Counted from the first letter of the stretch, positions 36,997 through 48,100 are shown. The stretch: DNA of 63,364 bases from a virus (IMGVR_UViG_3300033978_000202:1-63364); one strand, 5' to 3'. Made by a program: numbers and translations. The notes: a model not told the origin generated them from the sequence alone.

Positions 36997-39432
36997 TTAG
37001 CGAGGTTCAAACTCCGCTAAGTCAAACCCATCAAGGCTGTCCTCATTGGACTCAAAGTCCATAGGGGGCAGATTGTTCTTCCTTTGGTTTATGAGCTTAG
37101 ACTGTTCGCTATTCTGTTGACTTATACGTCTTGCCTTCTCCTTTTCCTTCATATCCTCCCTGCTCATTAAAGCGGACTCCTTAAGACCACCTAACTGCAT
37201 TTGGTATTGGAACTCCTCATTCATCAGCATCCGCTTCATATCAGCCTCAGCTTTAAGTCTCTCAATGTCAAATGCCACCTCAGCCTGCTTGATCTGCATC
37301 TTAGACTGAGCCTCAAGCTGTATCTTTTGCATAGCTGTTTGAGCTGCAATCTGTTGAGCTTGAAGCTGTTGTTGAGCCATCATTGCCTGCTTCTGCATTT
37401 CCATCTTTTCCTCACGCTCCTGCTTCTTCATTCTCTTGACCTTTAGGAGTTGGTTTGCAAGCTTGATATTCTTAAGCTCACGTATGTCGATGGCATCCTC
37501 AAGATTGATGTCTCCCTTAGAAAGAGCCATTTGAATGTTAGCCTCGAGCTGAGCTTTCTGCTCTTCATCAGGAGACACTTCAATAAATACACCAAAGTCG
37601 TATATATACAGGTCACTGATTTCGTGGAGTATAGATACGTTGTACTTTCCAATCTTGTTGGCAAAGTCATCTTTGAAGTCAGCATATTGTAAGATGTCTG
37701 CAACACGGTAGGTAAGGGCTTCAGCAAGCGACCTATAGATGAATAAACCTCCTTCAAGAATGTGGCGTGTAGCCGTATTGGAGTTAAGTGCAGCGAGCTT
37801 TTGGACCCCTACCAATGCGTTAGGGTCAGGCGTAGAGCCATCCCTCGCTTCATTCAGACCGGTTACCGATCTGATCATATCAAGGTAGTGATTGTAGTTT
37901 GCTATCAGCATCTGTGTCTTAGCAGCTCCTGAGTTGGAGGTAAGTTGCTGAATAGGAACCCGAGCGTTATTAAAGTCACCTTCTTGGGTATAGCTACGTC
38001 CAATGACGCTACCCGTTTGGAAGTATAACCTTAAAGCATCCTCCGGGTTGTAAGCCTGTCCTGTTCCAAGGTCAACCTCATTGAGACCATCGGCATCAAT
38101 GAATACACCATCGGGGACAGTACGAGCAATAACTTGTTGCAGCTTAAGGTGAGTAAGCTGAATCAGGTCAGCGAATGGTATCATTCTGCGGACGAGTGAT
38201 TCAATCACACCCTTATACATACGAGGTGCTACTGCTACATAATTAGGTAGTGCGTGTTGAGAAGTTGATTTAGGACGAACCATATTTTCAGCCATCTGCC
38301 ACTTGAGCAAGATGTTGGTTCCCATCACCATCACACCCTCATACCACACATCAATAGTCTTTTCAATTTTTTCAAACTTTCCTTCCTCCATCATTTCAAC
38401 AGGAGGATTAAACTGATCATCCTTCTCAATTACACGAGAGCCACCTGTCTCAAGAATCTTTTTCTTGTAGACCATTTTCTTTGTGGTCTTGTAATTGAAG
38501 TAAAGGATAGTTGCAGTATCACGATAGAACAAACTGTTCTCATAGAAACGTGCTACGTTGTAGTAGTCATACCAACTCTGAGAATACATTGAGATTTCTT
38601 GCAACTGCTCACGTGTGAGTGTTGGGTCAATCTTTACAAGCTCAGTAATTGGAAGCGTTTTAATTTCTCCCCAATAAAAACAATCTTGGAAGAATGGGTC
38701 TTCGGTATAGCTGTATACTATATTCGCAGGGTCAACGTATGAAACTTGCACTCCTGCACCGGGAAGAAACTCGTGCTTAGCAACACCAATACCAAGAACA
38801 GCCAAGTCATAATCTATGCGCTTGCGTGTATCTTGATAGTGGTTTTCGTCAAATATTGTATTGATAGCTTCTTCTTCAGCAATCTCAATTGCAGGTTTGT
38901 AATTGAGTTGCATATAAAGTGAAAGCTCTTCGTCAGTTTCGGGGAGCTCATCAGGGTCCATTGTAAATGGGTCGACACCTGTTGACTCTTGTATTTGCAT
39001 TAGCACATCTTTGGCAGCCATCTGCCCCTCAATCATATCTTGATACTTGCTGCGCTTTGCTTGAGACATTGCGTCTTGTGCGTATGCCTTTACTTTGAAA
39101 AGTCTGTCAGACATTCCGTTCACAACAATGTCTACAAACTTTGGAAGAATAGGTACGGGGGTCCAATCTAAATTCAAATAAGACAAGTCACCATCTATAG
39201 CAAGTTCATTCTTATACTTCTGAACAGACTGCTCTCCACGAGCGTATAATCTTAATCTATGAAAATCACGCCATTGACTGTAATACCTGCATTGATTGCC
39301 ATCTTTGCGGAACCACTCGTATTGGATGGCTTGACCTACCTGTAGACCAAACGCATCAGAAGCTTTCTCTGCGTCAGAAACAAACTGACCCGGAAAGCCT
39401 GTTGCGGATATATTAACTTTTACATCTTTCAT
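36997..39432 (-). CDS. Portal protein
   Basis: 811 aa after terminase; VPILPKFVDIVVNG, TGLNEARDG, Gln-rich C-terminal barrel. Confidence 0.85.
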   Translation of the reverse strand: MKDVKVNISATGFPGQFVSDAEKASDAFGLQVGQAIQYEWFRKDGNQCRYYSQWRDFHRLRLYARGEQSVQKYKNELAIDGDLSYLNLDWTPVPILPKFVDIVVNGMSDRLFKVKAYAQDAMSQAKRSKYQDMIEGQMAAKDVLMQIQESTGVDPFTMDPDELPETDEELSLYMQLNYKPAIEIAEEEAINTIFDENHYQDTRKRIDYDLAVLGIGVAKHEFLPGAGVQVSYVDPANIVYSYTEDPFFQDCFYWGEIKTLPITELVKIDPTLTREQLQEISMYSQSWYDYYNVARFYENSLFYRDTATILYFNYKTTKKMVYKKKILETGGSRVIEKDDQFNPPVEMMEEGKFEKIEKTIDVWYEGVMVMGTNILLKWQMAENMVRPKSTSQHALPNYVAVAPRMYKGVIESLVRRMIPFADLIQLTHLKLQQVIARTVPDGVFIDADGLNEVDLGTGQAYNPEDALRLYFQTGSVIGRSYTQEGDFNNARVPIQQLTSNSGAAKTQMLIANYNHYLDMIRSVTGLNEARDGSTPDPNALVGVQKLAALNSNTATRHILEGGLFIYRSLAEALTYRVADILQYADFKDDFANKIGKYNVSILHEISDLYIYDFGVFIEVSPDEEQKAQLEANIQMALSKGDINLEDAIDIRELKNIKLANQLLKVKRMKKQEREEKMEMQKQAMMAQQQLQAQQIAAQTAMQKIQLEAQSKMQIKQAEVAFDIERLKAEADMKRMLMNEEFQYQMQLGGLKESALMSREDMKEKEKARRISQQNSEQSKLINQRKNNLPPMDFESNEDSLDGFDLAEFEPR

Positions 39433-41666
39433 TTAATAAGTTCACTTAGTGTTCCACTATTAGTGTACCTTGCGAAATTAATACTAATTTTCGACTCTTT
39501 TTTGTCAGGTAAATATACATTTTTTTGGTTTGCCATTATCGCTAAACCTGAACTAATTGTTGCGTCAAACTTAGTTCTGTCACTTATATCAAATCTCGCC
39601 CAATCTTCAAGCGTTCTTGTGAATGGCATTGTCCCTATCTCATCAGCCGGTCTATAGGTACTCGTTAGGTCAAAACCTATAAACTTCTCAATATATGTCT
39701 CAATAGCTGAAGCGTGTGCCTGCTTAACCTCTTCGGATGAGTTTGGTATACCACCAAGCTCTCTTTCGGTTTTGCTCAGCTTGTTGAGTGTACGATCAGG
39801 GCGGTTCATACAGAAGTGTCTATACCCCCTGTTCTTGAAATGGTATAGAAGTCTTGGCTTATTGTTCTCCGCAAGCATAGGCATACCATAAAACACGCAA
39901 GCCATTAGCACCTCCTCAAAGAATATCTCAGCCGTCTGAGGACGAGCTATGTATTCCAAGAAGAACTGATTGGTAGGAGCATCGTCCAAATGATACTTGG
40001 TCATACCGTGCAAGGAACCGTTTGACCCCCTCCCACCAACTACCGCTGAGATGTCATACGGGTCACAGCCAAAGGATCCGAGGTGTTCATTGCCGGGGTA
40101 CTTGGCTCCGCTCCTATTGATGACATTATTCTGCATATTAGTAGGTGGAACCCAACTGATTAAGAACCTTCCCCTTGGGTCAGGACTCCATATCACTCGG
40201 CTATCTTTCTCGCCATCCTTCCAATGGAATGTTCCACGTGAAACATTATGCGCCTGAATCTGTGAATCATTGTAGTCAATCTGATGATATATCTTGGTCA
40301 GGTTAAATAGCGCCTGCTTACTCTCATCCCTGAAGGCGTGACTTTCGGTACGAGGGAATTGCCGGTAGAACTCATTGAGCGCATCAGCATCGTTTTTAAG
40401 CGACTCAACCTCAGCCTCCCAATAGTCAATGGCTCCGTTACGAATAGTCCCTCCATCTACTCCTCTTATAGGATCAGTAGGCTTACGTAGCACAGGCATC
40501 CCATAGATGTCGATGAACCCTTCCATATTCCATTCCATAGGAATAAACAAAGAATAGAGTCCGCTTTTGGTTTGCCCGTTAGCGTTTCGACTATCCAATG
40601 CCGAATCTTCGTACAATTTCTTATAGTTATCGCCACCCTTGCTTAGTGCATTGGAGGTGGACCCCATCATACACTTGCCAATAATCTTGCTACCCACCCT
40701 AAGACAGGTTTTGGTTACCCTCCAATTGTTCAGGATATTATTCGGCTTTACCCACTTTGCGCTCTCATCGTGCGCAAGAAACAGCAGCTTTTCACCGTCA
40801 TAAGAGTTCTCCTCAGTGTTCTTCCAATCTATCGTGGTGTCAAGACCATCTACAGTCTGAGCATCAGACTGCGACATATTCTTCTTTGTAATCTTAGAAG
40901 CCGGTACACGGTAGGCAAGCTCAGTCTTTGGCTTGTCCATCCCATCCATTACCGGACGGAAGAAGAATGGCAGCCTGCTGTTAATGGGTACAACCTTATC
41001 GGTAAACATCTTCTTGGCATCAGCACCCGTCTTAGACAGGATACCAACCCTTGAATCCCTTGCAAGCGTGGCTATGTTTACGCACTCTGAGGATGCCATA
41101 AATGAGAATCCTGAACGCCTGATCTTGAGGTATATCATCCCAAAGCACCGGTGGTCAGCCTTACAAGCCTCCCAAAATATAAAGAAGATACGGTTGGCTT
41201 CCCTGAAGTCAGGATAGCCTACGTCAATACTTGACCATTGTAAGTACATATAGTGAGCCCCCGTGATGTAGGTAGGTGTGCCGTTATTCATAAACCACAT
41301 ACCCCCTTCCCGGTAATCAAACTCCTGTTCAATGTAATCTACCCACCGGTTCTTAAACTCGGTAGGCATATCGTTCCATTGGAATATAGACTGAATCTTG
41401 GCGAGCTCCTTGGGTAAATCTCTGCGCTCCCAATACTGCTCAGCCTTAGAGTTGTGTCTTTGAAGACACTCTTTAGGCGTTGCCGGTAGGGCAATAACTA
41501 ACCCTGCGATATTGATAATCTCCCCAATCTGTCCCGTCTTGGAGATGACCACCATATCGTACTGCTCATTGTAACCATACTTCCAAGACCGAACTCCGTT
41601 CTTTTTGGATATGGCGTTCTGAGGCACATAGTCATTAACGACCCGATATAGACCTTCGTTCTGCAA
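39429..41666 (-). CDS. Terminase large subunit
   Basis: LKIRRSGFS (variant Walker A), HDESAKW, GCDPYD nuclease motif, FDATISSG. Confidence 0.9.
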   Translation of the reverse strand: MQNEGLYRVVNDYVPQNAISKKNGVRSWKYGYNEQYDMVVISKTGQIGEIINIAGLVIALPATPKECLQRHNSKAEQYWERRDLPKELAKIQSIFQWNDMPTEFKNRWVDYIEQEFDYREGGMWFMNNGTPTYITGAHYMYLQWSSIDVGYPDFREANRIFFIFWEACKADHRCFGMIYLKIRRSGFSFMASSECVNIATLARDSRVGILSKTGADAKKMFTDKVVPINSRLPFFFRPVMDGMDKPKTELAYRVPASKITKKNMSQSDAQTVDGLDTTIDWKNTEENSYDGEKLLFLAHDESAKWVKPNNILNNWRVTKTCLRVGSKIIGKCMMGSTSNALSKGGDNYKKLYEDSALDSRNANGQTKSGLYSLFIPMEWNMEGFIDIYGMPVLRKPTDPIRGVDGGTIRNGAIDYWEAEVESLKNDADALNEFYRQFPRTESHAFRDESKQALFNLTKIYHQIDYNDSQIQAHNVSRGTFHWKDGEKDSRVIWSPDPRGRFLISWVPPTNMQNNVINRSGAKYPGNEHLGSFGCDPYDISAVVGGRGSNGSLHGMTKYHLDDAPTNQFFLEYIARPQTAEIFFEEVLMACVFYGMPMLAENNKPRLLYHFKNRGYRHFCMNRPDRTLNKLSKTERELGGIPNSSEEVKQAHASAIETYIEKFIGFDLTSTYRPADEIGTMPFTRTLEDWARFDISDRTKFDATISSGLAIMANQKNVYLPDKKESKISINFARYTNSGTLSELIK
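40230..40245. promoter_or_regulatory. parS-consensus site inside terminase gene
   Basis: TGTTCCACGTGAAACA fits bacterial parS consensus TGTTNCACGTGAAACA. Confidence 0.65.
41454..41469 (-). repeat. 16-bp quasi-palindrome, copy 7 (inside terminase gene)
   Basis: Exact match. Confidence 0.9.
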
Positions 41667-41919
41667 ATCCTTGTTTTGTATCTACTCTATTTGTTCCACT
41701 CTCAAGCATCTCAAGTGCCTCCCTCTCTGCCTCGATTCGGTTAAGAATCTCAAAGGCATCAAAGATGGCAAGCTTCTTGGTAGCGGCTGCGTTCTTTAGC
41801 CTGTCTGCCGCAAGCTCATCATCAGGATCAGGCTTGATAATATCTTCCTTAGCCACTTTGATGAGCTGCTCTACGGCTTGATGACCGGCTTCAATAATTT
41901 TTAATTTAATGTCCTTCAT
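41635..41919 (-). CDS. Small helical protein, possible terminase small subunit
   Basis: Overlaps terminase large subunit start. Confidence 0.5.
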   Translation of the reverse strand: MKDIKLKIIEAGHQAVEQLIKVAKEDIIKPDPDDELAADRLKNAAATKKLAIFDAFEILNRIEAEREALEMLESGTNRVDTKQGFAERRSISGR

Positions 41920-42395
41920 TACTTCTCTCTTAAAAATGCGACCTGAATTAGACGAGAATTATCGTCTTGCCCAAAGTTCTCAAAAATATTTCTACTATGC
42001 GGAACCTTTGACTCAAATACAACCATACGGTTAAACTTTGAGTACATCACGCAAACCTTACGACCATCATCGTCATAGATGGTAGTGCCATCATCGTCAG
42101 GATGCGTATGGCTCAAATACAGGATAGCTGTAATGTCGCCCATCATCTCATCCGTATGGATGAAGTTTGGCTCCTCCTGACCTTCAGGAGACTTGCGTAC
42201 AAAGTTCCAAGCTACTTCATAGGTTGGTCCAACAAAGTCAATTACTGTTTGCGCAAACTCATCATCGTGGTCACGAGGCTGAATATTTTGAAACACATTG
42301 ACACCATCGTATATGTCTACGAAATCGTTATCGAGTATGTCAGACACGTAGCCAATAGGTTCGTGGATAACATTATCCATTATGATCAGGTTCAT
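41919..42395 (-). CDS. 2OG-Fe(II) oxygenase-like protein
   Basis: HTD...ILYL...GTTIY...NRMVVF...H...R. Confidence 0.7.
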   Translation of the reverse strand: MNLIIMDNVIHEPIGYVSDILDNDFVDIYDGVNVFQNIQPRDHDDEFAQTVIDFVGPTYEVAWNFVRKSPEGQEEPNFIHTDEMMGDITAILYLSHTHPDDDGTTIYDDDGRKVCVMYSKFNRMVVFESKVPHSRNIFENFGQDDNSRLIQVAFLREK

Positions 42396-42955
42396 AGTAC
42401 TATGGTTATTTGGTGGTCATACATTCTATATAGCTTCTCTCCGTCTACCTCAAATTCATATTCGCTATCAGGCTTAAAGCAGACCTTGTCTCCCTGACGC
42501 ACACCCTGTTCTATAAGGTAAGCGTTAGGGTAGACCATCTCACCCATAAGGGGCTCGTTGGTAAACGGCTTTTTGATATAAGACTCAGTAGCCGGTATGG
42601 GCTTGACAAAGCAATACCTGTCGTAAGTATGCCACTTACCATCTTGCTTGTACAGAAAGAACTGATCTTCGTCTATCAAGAATACGTCATCACGAAAAAA
42701 TGATCGACCGCTTTTTTGGCGACCTCTCATATCATTATAGAACTTAAAGACGTTGTGATGCACGAGAAGTGTATCACCTTTTCTGATTGGACCATCGTAC
42801 TTATAGGGGACCTCCTCAACAATGGCATACCGGTTAGAGAACTTGTGGTCCTCCTCCGATGTGTTGACGATAAGGTCAATACCACCTACTTGCTTGGTAT
42901 TAGAATACCTTGTCCCTGCCTGTGGCTTTACAATGAAGTTAAATGGGGATTGCAT
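42392..42955 (-). CDS. GroES-like protein (tandem Cpn10-type domains)
   Basis: FIVKP..IRKGDTLLVHH; CFVKPI..GVRQGDKVCF..EFEVDGEKLY. Confidence 0.55.
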   Translation of the reverse strand: MQSPFNFIVKPQAGTRYSNTKQVGGIDLIVNTSEEDHKFSNRYAIVEEVPYKYDGPIRKGDTLLVHHNVFKFYNDMRGRQKSGRSFFRDDVFLIDEDQFFLYKQDGKWHTYDRYCFVKPIPATESYIKKPFTNEPLMGEMVYPNAYLIEQGVRQGDKVCFKPDSEYEFEVDGEKLYRMYDHQITIVL

Positions 42956-43182
42956 TAGTAGTGAATATTGTACTCAATGGATACAGGAATAGTGTGGCTA
43001 AACTCTTTCCACAACATCACCTCACTCTTATCGTTGATGATATATATTTTTATTGAACCTGTTTGAGGCTCAAACTTTATGAGGTGTATCTTATGCGTAT
43101 TATCAAGTATGTCTTGTCCTACAAGGTAGTGCATAGCTCCATTCTTGTAGTCGGGACCTATTGATATTTTCCTTATATCCAT
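42955..43182 (-). CDS. Small hypothetical protein
   Basis: IRKISIGPDYKNGAMHY; operon packing. Confidence 0.65.
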   Translation of the reverse strand: MDIRKISIGPDYKNGAMHYLVGQDILDNTHKIHLIKFEPQTGSIKIYIINDKSEVMLWKEFSHTIPVSIEYNIHY

Positions 43183-43215
43183 ATTTAATTAAATTTAATT
43201 TCATTAGAAGAACTA

Positions 43216-43452
43216 TTAGTACACTACTCCCAACTGCCCCGTGCCGGTAATACGGTACACTCGCCCTACAACCAAGCCACCTGCAATAGCAGCAGCATTG
43301 TTTGGATATACAGGCACATTAGGAAGAGGAAGGCGCAAGATGTCGCCTACTGTAAAGTTCTTTGTTTTGTTTTGATCTTCAGCGTCAGTGCCAATGAGCT
43401 TATCATTGTACGTTACGTTGTTGTCTGTTGCGTAGGAATTAATGTTTGGCAT
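43216..43452 (-). CDS. Small structural protein
   Basis: Start moved to MPNINSY; DKLIGTD..TKNFT shared with N-terminus of the 2013-aa fibre. Confidence 0.6.
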   Translation of the reverse strand: MPNINSYATDNNVTYNDKLIGTDAEDQNKTKNFTVGDILRLPLPNVPVYPNNAAAIAGGLVVGRVYRITGTGQLGVVY

Positions 43453-43522
43453 ATTACAAATTTGAAATGAATGTGTTAAATGTTGATTCGTCTTAGGCAA
43501 TAATTTATCATTTGATTTAATT

Positions 43523-44773
43523 TTAGCAAGCTAATATATCACCACCTACTACATATTGTGTTATTCCAATATCAGTGTTATTGCTTACAACAGTGCTAAA
43601 TTTATTGCCATTACCGCAATAGGCTGCGCTGTTAAAAGGACAATTGCCTCCCATCTGTGCATTATAGTAGTAAGTTGTTGAATTTGGGTCTCCAATACTA
43701 ACATAGACTGTATCTCCACTATTCACCGCAATAACATCAATTACACCGCAGTTATAACTAAAACTTGCTGCAATTGGATTCCAAGTGCTATTGTCTGTTG
43801 AGTAATAAAGTACTCCAAAACTATTTGATAAGTCACCCATCACGCCATAAAAAGTAACATAAACAGTAAAAGTACAAGTATCAATAGCCACTACATCAAA
43901 ATCATATTCAGGAGCTGCCTGAGTTACAAGTATCCATTTGTTCAAGTAGTTAGAAAACAAATATGGATAGGTTGAACATATTGGAGGAGCAGCCCCACCT
44001 GTAGAAGAGCCATATAATTTTGATCCGGCTACGATAGGATTATCAGACGACCACAAACTCCAAGAAACAGTACCCCAATAAGTACAAGCATCTTGAGAAT
44101 TTGCCCAACCTGCATAACTAAAGCACGCCTTGTTGTGAGAAAGGAATCCATTAGCATAATACTGATGAGTTCCTTCTACAGTAATATCAATAACTTCTCC
44201 GACAATTGGCTCACCTATAGAGGTTATCTCTTCAATACCTTCATCGGTATTAACAAGAGACCCAATGGTCAATTCTGAAGCCAATACGATATTACCTTCT
44301 CCATCAATAAACTGATGGGTATCAGAAACAAGTGCAATACGATTAGCTGTTGCGACAAAGAACTTAGGCTGCTGTTTGTACTCAATATATGATACAATGC
44401 CATATCCCAAGTCTGACTCAACTTCATCTCCAATCTTTAGGTCGCCTGCTCTTATATATCCATTCTTTCCTTGTAATCTTACTTCAGGATCAATACAACC
44501 TGAGCAACACCCTTGATACCAAAATGTCCATTCGTACGGAGCACTTATGCCTGACTGCAAATCAGACTTAACCACAAGCTGATTGCTTGCCTTATTTGCA
44601 TAAGGCGCATACCCTGTGTTTATATTCACATAGGTATTCGCATCAGCTTTTGTTATCTGTTCATTGCTCTCAGCAGGGATTGATGCTTTTTGTTGAAACA
44701 CCCCCGTGTTGATAGCATTTTGCAGATTAGCAAACGATATAGTCTGATTGTTAGCTAATGTACTCCAAGGCAT
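43523..44773 (-). CDS. Cys-rich tail-associated protein containing a Hint domain
   Basis: CIDPEV...LKIGDEV...SDTHQF...VIDITVEGTHQYYANGFLSHN (44132-44497). Confidence 0.75.
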   Translation of the reverse strand: MPWSTLANNQTISFANLQNAINTGVFQQKASIPAESNEQITKADANTYVNINTGYAPYANKASNQLVVKSDLQSGISAPYEWTFWYQGCCSGCIDPEVRLQGKNGYIRAGDLKIGDEVESDLGYGIVSYIEYKQQPKFFVATANRIALVSDTHQFIDGEGNIVLASELTIGSLVNTDEGIEEITSIGEPIVGEVIDITVEGTHQYYANGFLSHNKACFSYAGWANSQDACTYWGTVSWSLWSSDNPIVAGSKLYGSSTGGAAPPICSTYPYLFSNYLNKWILVTQAAPEYDFDVVAIDTCTFTVYVTFYGVMGDLSNSFGVLYYSTDNSTWNPIAASFSYNCGVIDVIAVNSGDTVYVSIGDPNSTTYYYNAQMGGNCPFNSAAYCGNGNKFSTVVSNNTDIGITQYVVGGDILAC

Positions 44774-44776
44774 ATA

Positions 44777-45127
44777 TTACACTTCAGGATTTGGTGCTGT
44801 TGGTGGTGTAGGAGGAATAGGGGGGAGTGGTGGTGTAGGAGGAACGTACTCACCTGTAATGGTAAGATTCAATTGCTCAGCAACCCAATCATAGGCGTAG
44901 TCATTTGTGTCCCAAGCCTGATAAGCGTCACCATCCATTATTAAATAATTCGTAACTAAAGTTTGAGTATAAGAATATTCCATACCGGGCATAGTAACTT
45001 CTCTCAACAACTGATACTGAAAAGTAGCAGAACTTTGCAAGTTGTCATTTTGTGCAATAGCACTAAGTATGGTAGCTTGGACCTCTTGTCCGCTAAACCA
45101 AACCGTTACAGGACTAATTGTTTTCAT
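44777..45127 (-). CDS. Tail-fibre-associated small protein, Pro-rich tail
   Basis: Follows fibre gene. Confidence 0.6.
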   Translation of the reverse strand: MKTISPVTVWFSGQEVQATILSAIAQNDNLQSSATFQYQLLREVTMPGMEYSYTQTLVTNYLIMDGDAYQAWDTNDYAYDWVAEQLNLTITGEYVPPTPPLPPIPPTPPTAPNPEV

Positions 45128-48100
45128 TTGTTTTGTTTTTTAATTGTTGTTCTAAATATAAAATTTTTGCTTTGATTTCTTCTATTGAATCCTCAAGATA
45201 TGCAATTTTCATTGTATGCACTTGAGTGTACGAAAGGTTTAAATATCCATTCAATTCTTTTGCTATTGCTGTAGGTAGAATCTCTTCAAAATCTTGGGCA
45301 TAGTAACCAACTTCAGTTACGCCATTCTTTTTGTAAAGCTTAGGCTTAATAAGCTCAATCCCTGAAACACTATAGTCGTCTTCAACAAGTTCCTTTAATC
45401 TTTTATCTGATGTTTCAAAGAAAGCTGCTGCGTACATATTATTGTATGCTCTCGTATGGTTGTCTCCTTCAGCAATAGAAAAAACTTTTGAACCTGCATA
45501 AGGTGCATTGTTATAAAACCTTGTTCCTCCATAAGAAGAAGAGGCTCCTATTTTTAATCCGGTATGCCATCCAATAATAAGTTTTGTATAGTTGCCATTA
45601 ATGTTTTCAAGCTTGGTATATATTCTATATGCTCCTTCGTTAGCTTCGTTTCCACCAAATGTTAAACCTGAAAGAAACTCTGTTAAATATGGAGTTGCGG
45701 TTTCAGGCCCAAGATTTACCCTTTCTCTCCAATTAAATGTTCCATTTGCATACCATACACCATCTTGATTCCAACTACCACCATTTGAAGCTCTTCTATA
45801 AAAGTTCATATTCTCAGAAGAAGTGTGCATCATGTACCACCAAGTTTGGTTTGATGGTTGCCATCCTACAGTACAAGCAGTTCCTTTTAAGTTTATACCT
45901 CCACCCCAATCAGAAGAACTATTATCGTACCAATTCTGCTGAGTTTGTAATCTCTGAATGTTAGATAAACTATTCAAGTCAGCATAGAAAGAAGTGTTCT
46001 TTGAATCGTAGAATATTGGAGCACGAACATCACTTTCTGATTCTATAAATCCATCGCATTTAGTTTCACTCCATCCTTTAAACCACTTGCCTAAACTACT
46101 CACACTATTTGTTGTTGTAGGAGTATAGGTTACGTTTCCACTAAATGTAACATAGTTACCACCTGCAGCGTTATCAAAATTTAATGTCCATCCACCCTCA
46201 ACATCAAGCCATCTATATGCTTGACCTCCACGAAGCCATACAATAAGTTGGCTTGTTTGGTTCTGCTGAGTAAATTCAGCAAGCATAGGAATGGTATAAG
46301 CATTTTGTTCCAACTGAACATACGATGCTCCATATCCCCAACCATCAGCTTTTGCTCTAATTCTACAATGGAATGTTCCGAATCCTGTTGAAGAATACCC
46401 CGGCTCATCATAACCACCTCTTTCAATTTGAAGAACAGATATACCTTGTTCACTTGTAGCACTTGAACCTATTTGAAAAGCAACAGGATAAAAAGTACTT
46501 GTATTGCCTCCAACTACAAAAGTCCCTCTTTGTCTTCCAACAACAGTACCTGCAGAAGAAGCAGAAGAAGCAGAAGAAGCAGAGCCTGTAATACTAATAC
46601 CCCAAGTGCCACTTGCTCCCCCACCTGTTAAGGTTGGAGAATAGCTGTTGTAGTTTGAAGAATGCAATAATGTTGCTCTCCAAGATATAATGTTGCCATA
46701 TCCCCCACCTATTTGAGCATTAGCAGTAATATAATCTGTAGCAATAAACCCTTGCGTATCAGAATCTCCTGACCAAGCAATCATTGTACCATACAAATTC
46801 ATTCCTGATAAGGCAGAAGGGACATTGTTCCATCTTGCTGCAGACAAAGCAGCACCGTTAGCACTTGTTCCAAAAACAGTAGACCTGAAGTTAGTTGTAG
46901 TTAATCCATCAATAAATGCAGTTGGGGTTAATCTATTAGTCATCAAGCCTGTAATATTCGTAATGCTTGATACTGTAGCAGAATTGCCCGTAATATTAAT
47001 CCCCCATGTGCCACTCGCTCCACCACCGGTTAAAGTAGGAGCGTATGAGTTGTAGTTACCTGCGTGTAACACCTGATTGCCGTCTTGTTGTAAAGCAACT
47101 TGAGAGTTAACTGCAGAACTACTAAACCTAATCCATGTATTATTATAGTCTATTCCTATAAAAGAATAAGACAAAGAGCTACCACCACCACCATAGCCTC
47201 CAAAAGCAGCTAAAGTAGTATTAGCTGAATCTGTTATAACATGAGTGTTTCTTGCCCATCCACCCCATGATGTAGATGTTCTAAATGTAAAACCTTGACC
47301 TGCTTGATCTATATAAATAGTAGAACCTGTACTATTTCCCCTTCCTGTAACCGTTGACAATGTTTCAGATGCGGCAGTTCCTGTTACATTTATTGACCAT
47401 GTCCCCGAAGCGCCTCCTCCTGTTAAAGTTGGAGAATAGGAGTTGTAGTTATTGGTTGTCAATATTGTAACCCAAGAATACGGATTAGCCCCATCCCATC
47501 CTCTAAAGAGTAAATCATTACTTCCAAACCCATTTGCTAATTGAAAACCATATTGGTTAACAGAGTTTCCGTGTCTAAGCGATATATAACTATGCCATCC
47601 ACCCCCCGGGGCTCCGGTACCTCCGGGCTGATCATAATATTGAAGTTTACCGGGAGGTCTATCTGTGTTTAAATTAGATACAGATGTAGCATTTAATTCA
47701 TTAGCAGATGCAGAACTTCCTGTTATATTAATTGACCATGTTCCTGAAGCACCACCACCTGTCAGTGTTGGAGAATAGTTATTGTAGTTAGATGAAGAAA
47801 GCATTGTTAGCCAAGTTCCCCAACTACCATTATATCCTTGCCTAAAATAAAGCACTCCACTACCCGAAGACCCATAGGTCCCTTGAATCTGCCACATTGT
47901 ATCACCACCACCAAGATGTAATAAAGGGGCATACGCTACTGCAGCACCTAATCCATTTTCGTTTCTGTATACAGCAGTATTTGGGTTATTTACATTTACT
48001 GTACCATTACCTAATCCTGTAAGAAGAAGTGTGCCTGTCGATCCTGAAGAACCTGTTACGTTGATACCCCAAGTTCCACTTGCACCACCACCGGTCAAAG

